A stretch of 64,000 nt of DNA. Origin: Tardiphaga sp. (GTDB lineage: Bacteria > Pseudomonadota > Alphaproteobacteria > Rhizobiales > Xanthobacteraceae). Below the pieces are notes generated by a model. The model had not been told where the DNA came from and did no database searches. It saw only the letters and a program-made list of their open reading frames with translations. Numbering within the stretch: position 1 is the stretch's first letter; the number at the start of each line of letters is the position of its first letter. Shown one piece after another: positions 1 through 9,054 of the stretch. The translations under genes were made by a program, and so were the position numbers. Location: assembly GCA_036561845.1 (NCBI GenBank), contig DATCUS010000223.1, positions 7,965 through 71,964 of the forward strand. Reading direction: 5' to 3'.

Positions 1-1
1 A

Positions 2-49
2 TGGAGCTATCCGCGCGGCGGCTACGGCGTGCTGTTCAAGTTCGGCTGA
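2..49 (+). CDS. 3' end of an unidentified gene entering the window (…WSYPRGGYGVLFKFG*)
   Basis: Frame 2 reads with typical high-GC codons (GGC, TAC, TTC, AAG) to TGA at 47-49. Not in the ORF track. Confidence 0.4.
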   Translation, partial: WSYPRGGYGVLFKFG

Positions 50-151
50 AGCATTTGCGGCCCCGCGGGGCGGCACAAATGCCGGCCCAAACAGAAAATC
101 CCGCGATGCAAGACATCACGGGATTTTCGACTTCAGAACTTCCGCCTGAAT

Positions 152-709
152 TTACTCTGCGGCGACCGCGAGTTCGCCGGCGCCGGCGGCTTCGATGGCC
201 ACCGCCACCGACTGGATAATGGCCGCGAAGCGTACGGCGGTCTGGATCGTCGCCGAGGCGACGCCGGCCTCATGCAGCGCCTTTTCGTGGGCGTCGATGC
301 AGGCGCCGCAGCCGTTGATCGCCGATACAGCCAGCGACCACAGCTCGAAGTCGGCCTTGTCGACGCCGGGACTGGCGATGACGTTCATGCGCAGCCGCGC
401 CGGCATGGTGGCGTAGTCCTTGTTCGACGCCAGATGCACGAAGCGGTAGTAGATGTTGTTCATCGCCATCACCGCCGCGGCCGATTTTGCCGCGGCCATC
501 GCCGCCGGCGACAGATGGCCGGCTGCCACCGATTCCATCGCCGCCAGCACCACCGGATTGCGGGTGGTGATCGCGCAGGCCAGGAACAGGCCGTATTTGG
601 CCTGGGGGCTCAGCGTTTCGTCCGAGGCCATCGACGTCAGGTTGAGCCTGACGTCCTTGGCGAAATCCGGAATGCGGTCCTTCAGCGCGTCGATCGACAT
701 CGAACTCAT
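152..709 (-). CDS. ahpD: Alkyl hydroperoxide reductase AhpD (carboxymuconolactone decarboxylase family)
   Basis: [11 protein letters not shown] CxxC motif and MNNIYYRF. The ATG at 709 overlaps the ahpC stop (ATGA coupling), so the start is trimmed from 754. Confidence 0.92.
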   Translation of the reverse strand: MSSMSIDALKDRIPDFAKDVRLNLTSMASDETLSPQAKYGLFLACAITTRNPVVLAAMESVAAGHLSPAAMAAAKSAAAVMAMNNIYYRFVHLASNKDYATMPARLRMNVIASPGVDKADFELWSLAVSAINGCGACIDAHEKALHEAGVASATIQTAVRFAAIIQSVAVAIEAAGAGELAVAAE

Positions 710-1260
710 GCCACCTTCAGGGTTTCGCCGCCGGCTTCGCGGTTGCAGGCGCACAATTCATCGGTCTGCAGCGCATCGAGCACGCGCAGCGTGTCCTTGG
801 GGTTGCGGCCGACGTTCAGGTTGGTGGCGTAGACGTGCTGAATGACATTGTCGGGATCGACGATGAAAGTGTAGCGATAGGCGACGCCGTCCGGCGACCG
901 CACGCCGAGGCCGTCGACCAGCGATCCCCGGGTGTCGGCGAACTGCCAGATCGACAGGTGATGCAGATCCTTGTGCTCGCGGCGCCAGGCCAGCTTGCAG
1001 AACTCGTTGTCGGTCGATCCGCCGAGCACGATGGCGTCGCGATCGGCGAAGTCCTTGCCGAGCCGCGCGAACTCGGCGATTTCGGTCGGGCAGACGAAGG
1101 TGAAATCCTTCGGATAGAAGAAGATCACCTTCCACTTGCCGGGGAAGCTCGCCTCGGTCAGCGCCTCGAAGGCGCTCTGGCCTTTCTCTTCCTGGCTGTG
1201 AAAGCCGGGCTTGACGCCGACGATCTCGAACGGCGGCAGCGTGTCTCCAATTCCAAGCAT
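706..1260 (-). CDS. ahpC: Peroxiredoxin AhpC
   Basis: [14 protein letters not shown] peroxidatic Cys motif and C-terminal ELCACNR. Start trimmed to MLGIGDTLP. Confidence 0.93.
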   Translation of the reverse strand: MLGIGDTLPPFEIVGVKPGFHSQEEKGQSAFEALTEASFPGKWKVIFFYPKDFTFVCPTEIAEFARLGKDFADRDAIVLGGSTDNEFCKLAWRREHKDLHHLSIWQFADTRGSLVDGLGVRSPDGVAYRYTFIVDPDNVIQHVYATNLNVGRNPKDTLRVLDALQTDELCACNREAGGETLKVA

Positions 1261-1458
1261 CTCTGAACTCCGTGAGGATTTTTGTGGCGAAAGCCATGCT
1301 GGAATCGTTGCAAGCGACGTGCCATCGACCGGCGCCTGGACGATCGCGGCACGGATGACGATGGCGTGCCGCGCGAGTTGATTTGCGTCATATACAGACG
1401 ATCCTCGTCGGTACATATTTCGTATCAAGAGCAATTCACACGCAGCGAGGACAATCAA

Positions 1459-1665
1459 ATGAAGCTCAGCGCACGCAACGTACTTCCCGGCAAGGTCGTG
1501 GCAGTGACCAAGGGAACGACAACCGCCCATGTGAAGGTCGAGCTTGCGTCGGGCCTGATGGTGTTCTCGTCGATTACCAATGAGGCGGTCGACGAGCTCG
1601 CCCTCAAGGTGGGCGACGCCGTATCGGCTGTCATCAAGTCGTCAGACGTGATGATCGGAAAATAG
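1459..1665 (+). CDS. mop: Mop/TOBE molybdate-binding protein (molbindin)
   Basis: MKLSARNVLPGKV…SITNEAVDELALKVGDAVSAVIKSSDV is a single Mop domain. GAGG Shine-Dalgarno at 1447-1450. Confidence 0.88.
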   Translation: MKLSARNVLPGKVVAVTKGTTTAHVKVELASGLMVFSSITNEAVDELALKVGDAVSAVIKSSDVMIGK

Positions 1666-2256
1666 ACGGTCTTCGTCGACTCTTTGCCGATGCATGTCGT
1701 TACGCATGCGAGCCATGCGGAACGATGTTTCCTGCCACCATTCGGCGATGACGTGCCGCTGGCACAGTAATGTCGTGCCGCGGTCGCCGGTGAATCGGGT
1801 CCAGGCATCGAAGCAGCGGTCCGGAACGGCGGTCAGGACCGGGATCCCTGCGATGATCGCCTCGGCGATCTCGCTTCGCAGCCCTTGGCCGGCCGCCTCC
1901 TGCTTCGAGAACTTGTTGATCACGATCAGCGCGACGTCCTGCGCGATCGCGCGCGTCACGGCCTGCGCGGCTTCGGCCAGCCCCGCAGGATCGAGCTTGC
2001 ATGACGTGGCGCCGCGGCCGAGCGGTTGACAGATCGAGATCTGGCGTCCGGTCATCAGGTCGACCATGCCCATGCCGGTCAGGTGACCGTCTTCGTCCTT
2101 GAGGTTGCGTTGCACGACGCCGCCGATTCGCTCGCCGTCGCGCAGCAGGTCGCGGGCCAGATCGGCCAGCAGCGAATCCACGTCGTCATCCGGTCGATAG
2201 AGCACCGCCGCCAGGCGATTTGGATCGATCTCGTTGAAATCCGGCATCATGGTCAT
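1642..2256 (-). CDS. DUF2478 family protein
   Basis: GGVVQ…ICQPLGRGATSCKLDPAGLAEA…INKFSKQEAAGQGLR pattern. This family is often found beside mod genes. Confidence 0.8.
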   Translation of the reverse strand: MTMMPDFNEIDPNRLAAVLYRPDDDVDSLLADLARDLLRDGERIGGVVQRNLKDEDGHLTGMGMVDLMTGRQISICQPLGRGATSCKLDPAGLAEAAQAVTRAIAQDVALIVINKFSKQEAAGQGLRSEIAEAIIAGIPVLTAVPDRCFDAWTRFTGDRGTTLLCQRHVIAEWWQETSFRMARMRNDMHRQRVDEDRLFSDHHV

Positions 2257-2318
2257 GATCCTGATCTGTCGGTGACTCCGAGGCAATCAAGCGTGGTCCG
2301 CGGGTGCCGCCACGCCAC

Positions 2319-3080
2319 TCAGCTCTGCCCATCGAGCACGTAGCCGTATTTTTCGATAATGACGCGCGCTTCGGGTCCTCTGAGGAAGGCGATGAAACCC
2401 GTCGCGGCCTCGTTGCCGGCGCCGCTCTTCAACAGCACCGCGTCCTGGCGGATCGGCGCATAGAGCTCCTGCGGCACCACCCAGCGCGAACCGGTCTCGA
2501 TGCCGGTCAGCTGCGACAGCGCCACGAATCCCAGCTCGGCATTGCCGGTCTCGACGAACTGATAGGCTTGGGTGATGGTTGCGCCCTCGACGATTTTCGG
2601 CAGCAGCGCCTCGCGGAGCTTGAGCGACTCCATGGTCTGTACGGCTGCGGCCCCATAGGGCGCCGCCACCGGGTTGCAGATCGATAGTTTGGCGAAGCTC
2701 GCGGCCTTCAGCGTTTCCGCGCCTTTCACAAGGTTCGGCGTCTTGCTCCACAGCACCAGCCTGCCGATGGCGTAGGTGAAGCGGCTGTCCGACATGGCGA
2801 GACCGTCCTCGATCAGCTTCTTCGGGCGCGCTTCGTCTGCCGACAGGAAGACCTGAAACGGCGCACCCTGGGTGATCTGGCTGTAGAACTGGCCCGCCGA
2901 GCCAAAGCTCAGAACCGCATCGTGACCGGTCTTCTGCTTGAACGCCGCGGCGATCTCCCGGGCGGCGTCGGTGAAATTGGCGGCGACGGCCACGTTGGTC
3001 TGCGCGGTATAGGCGTGGCCGGAGGCCAGCAAAGCGAGCGCGACGCCGGTCAGGACTCGGAACGTCTGTCTGAAATGCAT
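2319..3080 (-). CDS. modA: Molybdate ABC transporter substrate-binding protein
   Basis: Signal peptide, VAVAANF, GSAGQFYSQITQGAPFQVFLSAD and APYGAAA motifs. Start trimmed to MHFRQTF. Confidence 0.92.
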   Translation of the reverse strand: MHFRQTFRVLTGVALALLASGHAYTAQTNVAVAANFTDAAREIAAAFKQKTGHDAVLSFGSAGQFYSQITQGAPFQVFLSADEARPKKLIEDGLAMSDSRFTYAIGRLVLWSKTPNLVKGAETLKAASFAKLSICNPVAAPYGAAAVQTMESLKLREALLPKIVEGATITQAYQFVETGNAELGFVALSQLTGIETGSRWVVPQELYAPIRQDAVLLKSGAGNEAATGFIAFLRGPEARVIIEKYGYVLDGQS

Positions 3081-3334
3081 TATGAACTCCCGCTCGTCGA
3101 CGATGATGACGCGAACCGCGCGAAGGCGACCCGCATGCATTGCCAGCAAGCCTCATGCCGTGTCGGGAATGGTGCGGTGCTTGCTTATTCGCGGCTACAG
3201 TCCTGTAATCTCCGGGCTGCCGCGGCGGGCCAGCGCCACGTTGGTGGAAAAGGCGACATTGATGTCATCAATCCAACATGACCGCGCGATGTCCGATGGC
3301 TGATGTCCGAGGTGAAGGCGCGGCCGGCCACGAA

Positions 3335-4210
3335 ATGAAGAGCAACGAGACAGGACCATCCATGCCGACCATCGCGTCCCGCGCCGATCTCGAGTCCCTG
3401 CTGCTCGACGACGTTCCCTATGGCGATCTGACGACCGATGCGTTGGGGGTCGGTTCTGCTCGCGCCGTCATGCAGTTCACGGCGCGCGATGCGATGGTGC
3501 TGGCGCTGGCCGAGGACGCCGCGGCAATCATCGAGATCGCCGGCGGCAAGGTTGATCTGCTGGCAGCGTCGGGCACGGTGCTGTCGCCGGGCGCGCCGAT
3601 CCTGATCGCGCACGGCCCCGCCGCGGCTTTGCTGCGCGGCTGGAAGGTGGCGCAGACGCTGATCGAGATCTGGTCCGGCGTGGCGACGGCAGCCCGCGGC
3701 ATCGTCGATGCCGCCAGCGCGGTGGCGCCGCAGATCGCGGTGGCCTGCACGCGCAAGACCATCCCGGGGACGAAGCGCTACGCCGTCGCCGCGGTGAAAG
3801 CGGGCGGCGCGGTGATGCACCGGCTCGGCCTGTCCGAGACGGTTCTGCTGTTTCCCGAACATCGCGCCTTTCTCGGCGACGAAGCGCTGGCATCCTTCGC
3901 CGATCGATTGCGGCGTGCTGCACCGGAAAAGAAGCTGGTGATCGAAGTCACCACTGTTGACGAAGCGGTCGCCGGCGCCGATGCGGGCTTCGACGTCATT
4001 CAGGCCGAGAAGTTCCTGCCCGCCCAGATCGCCGCGCTCGTCGCACGGCTGGCGTCCGCGCAACGGCGGCCGGTGATCGCCGCCGCCGGCGGGATCAACG
4101 TCGGAAACGCCGCGGCCTATGCGCAGGCCGGTGCCGATATCCTCGTCACCTCGTCGCCCTATCTGGCGCCGCCGCGGGATGTCCAGGTGCGGATCGGCCC
4201 GGCGGCCTGA
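3335..4210 (+). CDS. modD: ModD protein (NadC/quinolinate phosphoribosyltransferase-like)
   Basis: LLLDDVPYGDLTT, CTRKTIPG, HRLGLSETVLLFPEH and AAGGINVGNAAAYA. Start may be 3335 or 3362. Confidence 0.88.
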   Translation: MKSNETGPSMPTIASRADLESLLLDDVPYGDLTTDALGVGSARAVMQFTARDAMVLALAEDAAAIIEIAGGKVDLLAASGTVLSPGAPILIAHGPAAALLRGWKVAQTLIEIWSGVATAARGIVDAASAVAPQIAVACTRKTIPGTKRYAVAAVKAGGAVMHRLGLSETVLLFPEHRAFLGDEALASFADRLRRAAPEKKLVIEVTTVDEAVAGADAGFDVIQAEKFLPAQIAALVARLASAQRRPVIAAAGGINVGNAAAYAQAGADILVTSSPYLAPPRDVQVRIGPAA

Positions 4211-4225
4211 CGGCCGCCCGAATGC

Positions 4226-5095
4226 TTACAGGATCGACGCAAGAGACTGCCCGTGCATGTCGATGCTGAGGCCGTCGAGCGCCAGGTCGTCGAGTTCGCC
4301 GCCCATGGCCTTGATGCTTTCCTCGCGAATCAGCGACATCAGCCCGCGGCGCAATGCGAGGAATTCCGACGACATCATCATCGACTGCTGCCGCGGGCGC
4401 TCCAGCGGGATGGCGATCTCGGCCTTGATGGTGCCGGGCCGCGCCGTCATGCAATAAACCCGGTCCGACAGGAAGATCGCCTCGTCGATGTCGTGGGTGA
4501 CGAACAGCACCGAGATCTTCAGCCGCTGCCACATGTTGGTGAGGATCTGCTGCATGATCACCCGGGTCTGCGCGTCGAGCGCGCCGAACGGCTCGTCGAG
4601 CAGCAGGACCTTCGGCCCGGTGGCCAGCGCGCGGACGATGCCGACGCGCTGCTTCATGCCGCCGGACAGGCTGTCCGGATACTTGTTCTCGAACGCGGTG
4701 AGTCCGGCGAGGCCGAGCAAGGTGCGTGCGGCGCGGTCGCGGCTCGATCTGTCGAGGTGTTTCATCTTCAGGCCGAACTCGACATTGCCCTTCACCGTTT
4801 TCCAGGGAAACAGCGAGTACTGCTGGAACACCATGCCGCGGTCGGCGCTGGGGCCGTCGATGTCTTCGCCGTCGAGCGTGACCTCGCCCGCGGTTGGCTT
4901 GAGAAAGCCGGCGACGGCATTGAGCAGGGTCGACTTGCCGCAGCCGGACGGACCGACGATGGAGACGAACTCGCCGGGATTGACGTGGATCGATGCGTCG
5001 CAGACCGCTTCGACGGGGCCGTCGAGGGTGGGATAGCTCAATCCGAAATTGCGGACCTCGACGTGGCCGGTGGTCGGCGGGGATGATGCGATCAT
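4226..5095 (-). CDS. NitT/TauT-family ABC transporter ATP-binding subunit
   Basis: Walker A GPSGCGKST, signature LSGGMKQR, Walker B LLLDEPFGALD. ATGA overlap with the permease stop. Confidence 0.92.
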   Translation of the reverse strand: MIASSPPTTGHVEVRNFGLSYPTLDGPVEAVCDASIHVNPGEFVSIVGPSGCGKSTLLNAVAGFLKPTAGEVTLDGEDIDGPSADRGMVFQQYSLFPWKTVKGNVEFGLKMKHLDRSSRDRAARTLLGLAGLTAFENKYPDSLSGGMKQRVGIVRALATGPKVLLLDEPFGALDAQTRVIMQQILTNMWQRLKISVLFVTHDIDEAIFLSDRVYCMTARPGTIKAEIAIPLERPRQQSMMMSSEFLALRRGLMSLIREESIKAMGGELDDLALDGLSIDMHGQSLASIL

Positions 5096-5961
5096 TTGCG
5101 GTTCCATGGCATGAGAACGCGGCCCAGCCCGCGGATCAGTGCGCTCGATCCGAGGCCGAGGACGCCGATGCAGATCATGCCCAGCGCGATGTCAGCATAT
5201 TGCACCAGGGAATAGGCTTCCCAGGTGAAGTAGCCGATGCCGAACTGGCCGGAGATCATCTCGGCGGCGATCAGCGAGACCCATGCGACACCCATGCCGA
5301 CGGTGAGGCCGGTGAAGATGTGCGGCAGCGAGGCCGGGAAGTACACTTCACGGAAAATCGACAGTTCGCGTGCGCCGAGGCATTGCGAGGCCCGCACCAG
5401 CACCGGATCGACCAGCGACATGCCGTGCAGCGTGTTGACGAGGATTGGAAAGAACGCGCCGAGGAAGGTGATGTAGACGATGCTCTGCTCGTTGGTCGGC
5501 CACAGCATGATCGCCATCGGCACCCAGGCGATGGCCGGGATCGGGCGCAGCACTTCCGTGATAGGGAACACGAATTCGTGGATCAGCTTGAAGCGCCCCA
5601 TCACCAGGCCGAGGGGAACGGCGACGATCGCCGCCAGCGAAAAGCCGAGCAGGATGCGCCGGCAGCTCAGGATCACATGCATGAAGAACTTCGAATCATG
5701 CATCGCGCGCTGCAGGCTTTCATAGACCGCGGCGGGCGACGGCACGTTGGTAAAGCGAACGAAAAAAACGACCCGGTGGGTGGTGAGCAGATGCCACGCC
5801 GTCAGAAACAACAGCAGTGAGATAGTGCCGATCAGGGCGGTTCGCAGGCCGCCGCGGTTCACGAGAAACCAGCGCTTCAGATATAGCGCGGCTCCTGCTG
5901 GCGGTCGTCCCTGCGCCGCTGCCGGTGGTGGCGACCACGCGGCCGGATCGGGCAGCGTCAT
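5092..5961 (-). CDS. NitT/TauT-family ABC transporter permease
   Basis: Hydrophobic helices, LRPIPAIAW and an EAA-like loop (RASQCLGA). Start trimmed to MTLPDPAAW. Confidence 0.9.
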   Translation of the reverse strand: MTLPDPAAWSPPPAAAQGRPPAGAALYLKRWFLVNRGGLRTALIGTISLLLFLTAWHLLTTHRVVFFVRFTNVPSPAAVYESLQRAMHDSKFFMHVILSCRRILLGFSLAAIVAVPLGLVMGRFKLIHEFVFPITEVLRPIPAIAWVPMAIMLWPTNEQSIVYITFLGAFFPILVNTLHGMSLVDPVLVRASQCLGARELSIFREVYFPASLPHIFTGLTVGMGVAWVSLIAAEMISGQFGIGYFTWEAYSLVQYADIALGMICIGVLGLGSSALIRGLGRVLMPWNRK

Positions 5962-5998
5962 GGCCTGCCGCTCTTTTCGAATCGCGGAGCTTTCCACG

Positions 5999-7423
5999 TC
6001 AACCTCCACTGACTGCCGATTTGAGCGCGTCGTCGAAGCCGAGAACCTTGCCCTTGATCTTGACGGCATAGGCCTCGGCATCCTTCTTCAGCAGGAAGGG
6101 GGCGATATCGCTTTTGTCCGCGCCGACCGCGAAGAAGGCCTGGTCGGCGAACAGCTTGATGCCGCGGGCGGTGTCGAACACGTAAGCGACGTTGATCTTC
6201 TGCCCCCTGGCCTTCATGTCGGCGTAGGCGCCGAGCGTGCAGGCCGCGCTGCTGAACGGCTCGATGGCGCCGCCCTCGACCCAGACCTCGCCGGCCTTGC
6301 GCGGATCGGTGATCGGCTTCTTGCAGAACCTGTCCTCGCCCTTCACTTCGTAATTTTGCGTGCTCTTCAGCTGGGCGTCGTAGTCCATGTTGAGTTCGGC
6401 ATAGGCCTTGCGGATGTAGCTGTCGTCGACCCACTTCTTCGGGTCGAATTCCTTCATCCGGCCCAACGCCTGCAGCACCTTGACGTCGGTGGCCGCGGCG
6501 TCGATCAGCGCCGGCTTGATGGTCGGGTCGGTGGTCATGTTGCCGCCCGGGCCCAGGAAGATATAGACCACCTCCTTGTTGATGCCGGTCCATTCCTGGA
6601 TCTTCTCGGCGGCGAGCTTGGGATCGGCGCGCAGCCAGGCATTGGCGGCGATCACCGCCTTCAGATAGGCGACCACCACTTCAGGATATTTTTCGGCGAA
6701 GTCGGTGCGCACCACGACGCCATGCCAGGTCGGCAGGTTGGTCTCGACGCCATCGAAGATTTTTCGCGCGAAGCCGCGGAACGGAAGCAGTTCGGCGAAC
6801 GGCACGAAGTCGGCGTGCGCGTCGATCTTCTTTTCCTGCAGGTTGGTCGAGCCGACCTCCGGGCTCTGGCTGACCAGCTGGAAGTAGTCTGCCGGCCAGC
6901 CCTTGTCCTGCATGGCCTTCAGCACCATGCCATGCGCGGCCGAGCCGAACGGTACGCTGACCAGCTTGCCCTTGAGATCCGACAATTCGTAGTAGGGCGA
7001 GTCCTTGTGGACCACCATGCCATTGCCCGAACCGTCGAGACTATAGGCGGCCACCGCGATCAGCCGGCTCTTGCTTTCCGGATTACTCTCGAAGGTGAAG
7101 CCGTTCACCACCAGCGGATAGTCGCCCATGGCGCCGAACTGCAGCTTGTTGGCCATCATGCCGTTGGTCACCGGCGGGCCGGAGGTGAAGTTCTGCCATT
7201 CGTAGTCGAACTTGATGTTGGCGTATTTGCCGTCCTTCGGCAGATACTTGTCCATCAGCTTCAGCTGGCGGATGATCACCCCGGTGGTTGCCGTGTTGGT
7301 CGTGGTATCCTGGGTGCCGATTCCGATCGTCACTGTGGTTTGCGCATGCGCCTGACTGGCGATCAGCAGAGCCGCTCCGGCGCAGGCGCTGTAAAATGTA
7401 CGGTATCCCAAATTGCGAATCAT
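5999..7423 (-). CDS. Sulfonate/nitrate-type ABC substrate-binding protein with a C-terminal NosL-like extension
   Basis: Signal peptide, FTSGPP and VSVPFGSAAHG (SsuA/NMT1-like). At 474 aa it is about 130 aa longer than a plain SsuA. Confidence 0.85.
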   Translation of the reverse strand: MIRNLGYRTFYSACAGAALLIASQAHAQTTVTIGIGTQDTTTNTATTGVIIRQLKLMDKYLPKDGKYANIKFDYEWQNFTSGPPVTNGMMANKLQFGAMGDYPLVVNGFTFESNPESKSRLIAVAAYSLDGSGNGMVVHKDSPYYELSDLKGKLVSVPFGSAAHGMVLKAMQDKGWPADYFQLVSQSPEVGSTNLQEKKIDAHADFVPFAELLPFRGFARKIFDGVETNLPTWHGVVVRTDFAEKYPEVVVAYLKAVIAANAWLRADPKLAAEKIQEWTGINKEVVYIFLGPGGNMTTDPTIKPALIDAAATDVKVLQALGRMKEFDPKKWVDDSYIRKAYAELNMDYDAQLKSTQNYEVKGEDRFCKKPITDPRKAGEVWVEGGAIEPFSSAACTLGAYADMKARGQKINVAYVFDTARGIKLFADQAFFAVGADKSDIAPFLLKKDAEAYAVKIKGKVLGFDDALKSAVSGG

Positions 7424-7526
7424 GGCAGACCCTTTCGGTGGTTGAGACGCCTTCGGGTATTGCCCCTTGTTTTCCGTATCCTTTGTCGATCTCGCCGATC
7501 GAGCAAACGTCCTCGCGTGTTGGCGG

Positions 7527-7538
7527 TCGATTAGTTGC
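7527..7538 (-). promoter_or_regulatory. Putative operator GCAACTAATCGA upstream of the ABC operon
   Basis: Matches the palindrome GCAATTAATTGC at 8894-8905 at 9 of 12 positions. About 105 bp upstream of the binding-protein start. Confidence 0.45.
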
Positions 7539-7606
7539 CGTGATTGGATCCGTTGCTTAGTCCTTGAGCATTCTCACCGTGCCAAGCCATATCCGTAGGC
7601 ATCGGG

Positions 7607-8389
7607 TCAATCGCCCTGGCCCTTCATCTCCTGCAGCAGGTCGGGACGGCGCACGATGATGTGGGACTTTCGCGAGCTGACGATATCCTTGTCCTGCATG
7701 CGCTTCAGGCTGATGGTCACCCACTGGCGGGTGGCGCCGACCATGTGGGCGAGATCGGCGTGGGTGAATGCCGAGCCGATCAGGATGCCTTCGGGATCTT
7801 CCACACCGTAGAGTTCGACCAGATGCAGCAGCAGGTGCGCCAGCCGTTCGGTGATCGAGCGGGTGCCGAGCATCTGCGCCAGCGCCGAGTAGCATTTGCC
7901 CTTGAACGTCAGTCCCTCGATCAGGCCGATGGCGAGATTGGGTACCTCGACCACCAGCGCCCGCAACTCATGGCCGGGGAGCTGCACCACGCTGCTGTTG
8001 CTGGTGGCGACGCCGGACCACTGATGCACGCCGGCGCCGAACACTTCCGGGCCGCCGACGAAATTGCCGGGATGCCAGTAGGCAAGGGTGATCTCGCGTG
8101 CCGAGGGCGCGGTGTAGAACACCCGGATGCGACCCGTCTCGATCAGATAGATACCATCGTGCTTCGCGCCCTGGTTGAACAGGGTCTGCCCGCGGTACAG
8201 CACCTTGCGACGGCCGTGCTTGAGCACGGTTTCGCGCTCACGCAGCGAGAGCGCATCGAACAGCGACGGCGCGCCGCCCAGCGAACGTGCGCTTTCCGTC
8301 AGCAACAGGGATTGTCCGCTGATCGATGCTGGTCGCGTCGGCTTGACGGCCGCGCCGGACGGCGCAGTGGTGGCTGCTAAAAGCTGCAT
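7607..8389 (-). CDS. Crp/Fnr family transcriptional regulator
   Basis: cNMP-like beta-roll and HTH (THADLAHMVGATRQWVTISL). No Fnr Cys cluster and no canonical cAMP-binding Arg motif. Confidence 0.9.
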   Translation of the reverse strand: MQLLAATTAPSGAAVKPTRPASISGQSLLLTESARSLGGAPSLFDALSLRERETVLKHGRRKVLYRGQTLFNQGAKHDGIYLIETGRIRVFYTAPSAREITLAYWHPGNFVGGPEVFGAGVHQWSGVATSNSSVVQLPGHELRALVVEVPNLAIGLIEGLTFKGKCYSALAQMLGTRSITERLAHLLLHLVELYGVEDPEGILIGSAFTHADLAHMVGATRQWVTISLKRMQDKDIVSSRKSHIIVRRPDLLQEMKGQGD

Positions 8390-8498
8390 GGCGCACTCCA
8401 GACTTCAGAATTAGTCTAAGTGCGCAGCAAGCCCCGTGCCAGTCTCTATTCAGCAGGGAAAGAACAAGATTCTTGCTGTCGAACAGGGACTTGCAAGT

Positions 8499-8846
8499 TC
8501 AATCATGCGCGGCGCCCGGTTCGCGCCGGCCGAGGCTCAGCAGCAGCGCCCATGGATAGATGCCGCGCGCGTGACCATCCGAGAAGGCGATGTTGAGCGC
8601 GTAACCGCCGATCGGCGACACCTCGGTGATCGCAAGGCCCGCGAACTGTTCGGGAAACACGCCATCGATGCGGGCGCGCAGGCAATGCGCGCATTTGCAT
8701 GCGCTGCGCAGGCGCTCGGCGCTTATCCGGACGCGGACATCATCCGGGAAGGCGAGATCGAGACACCGCAGGTCGTCGCTGACCGCAATGCCCCGCGGGG
8801 CCGCGATGATCCTTGCCAAGGTGGACGGTGCCGCGGTCTGGGTCAT
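8499..8846 (-). CDS. DUF971 / GBBH-like N-terminal domain protein
   Basis: LRSACKCAHC (CxCxxC) and GGYALNIAFSDGHARGIYPW signature. Confidence 0.88.
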   Translation of the reverse strand: MTQTAAPSTLARIIAAPRGIAVSDDLRCLDLAFPDDVRVRISAERLRSACKCAHCLRARIDGVFPEQFAGLAITEVSPIGGYALNIAFSDGHARGIYPWALLLSLGRREPGAAHD

Positions 8847-8893
8847 GCATCGATCTCCGCACACATGTCATCATCTGCAGCCGTGTTCGCCCA

Positions 8894-8963
8894 GCAATTA
8901 ATTGCGCGCGGGCGACCGCGGCGACGCAAAGTTGTTGTTTCGCGGCGGCTGACAACTAATTGC
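8894..8963. promoter_or_regulatory. Two operator-like palindromes in the DUF971 / flavoprotein divergent promoter
   Basis: Perfect GCAATTAATTGC at 8894-8905 and ACAACTAATTGC at 8952-8963, both AT-rich in a GC-rich context. Confidence 0.55.
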
Positions 8964-9054
8964 TATCGCGTCCCGCTGGCCTGCCTATCCTCGATGCTCA
9001 GAGCCATTCCCCTGCTGGAATGGAACCTGCGCGGAACCAGACGAGGAATCAGCG

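Noticed and set aside
1-219. 72-aa plus-strand ORF at the window start
   Set aside because: Arg/Pro-rich low-complexity translation overlapping the ahpD end. Frame 2, ending at 49, looks more like the real coding sequence.
1387-1420. Possible ModE/Mo-box upstream of mop
   Set aside because: Only an imperfect inverted repeat (GACGA-TCC-TCGTC with TATAC/GTACA flanks). It does not match the TATAT-N7-TATAT-type consensus well enough to call.
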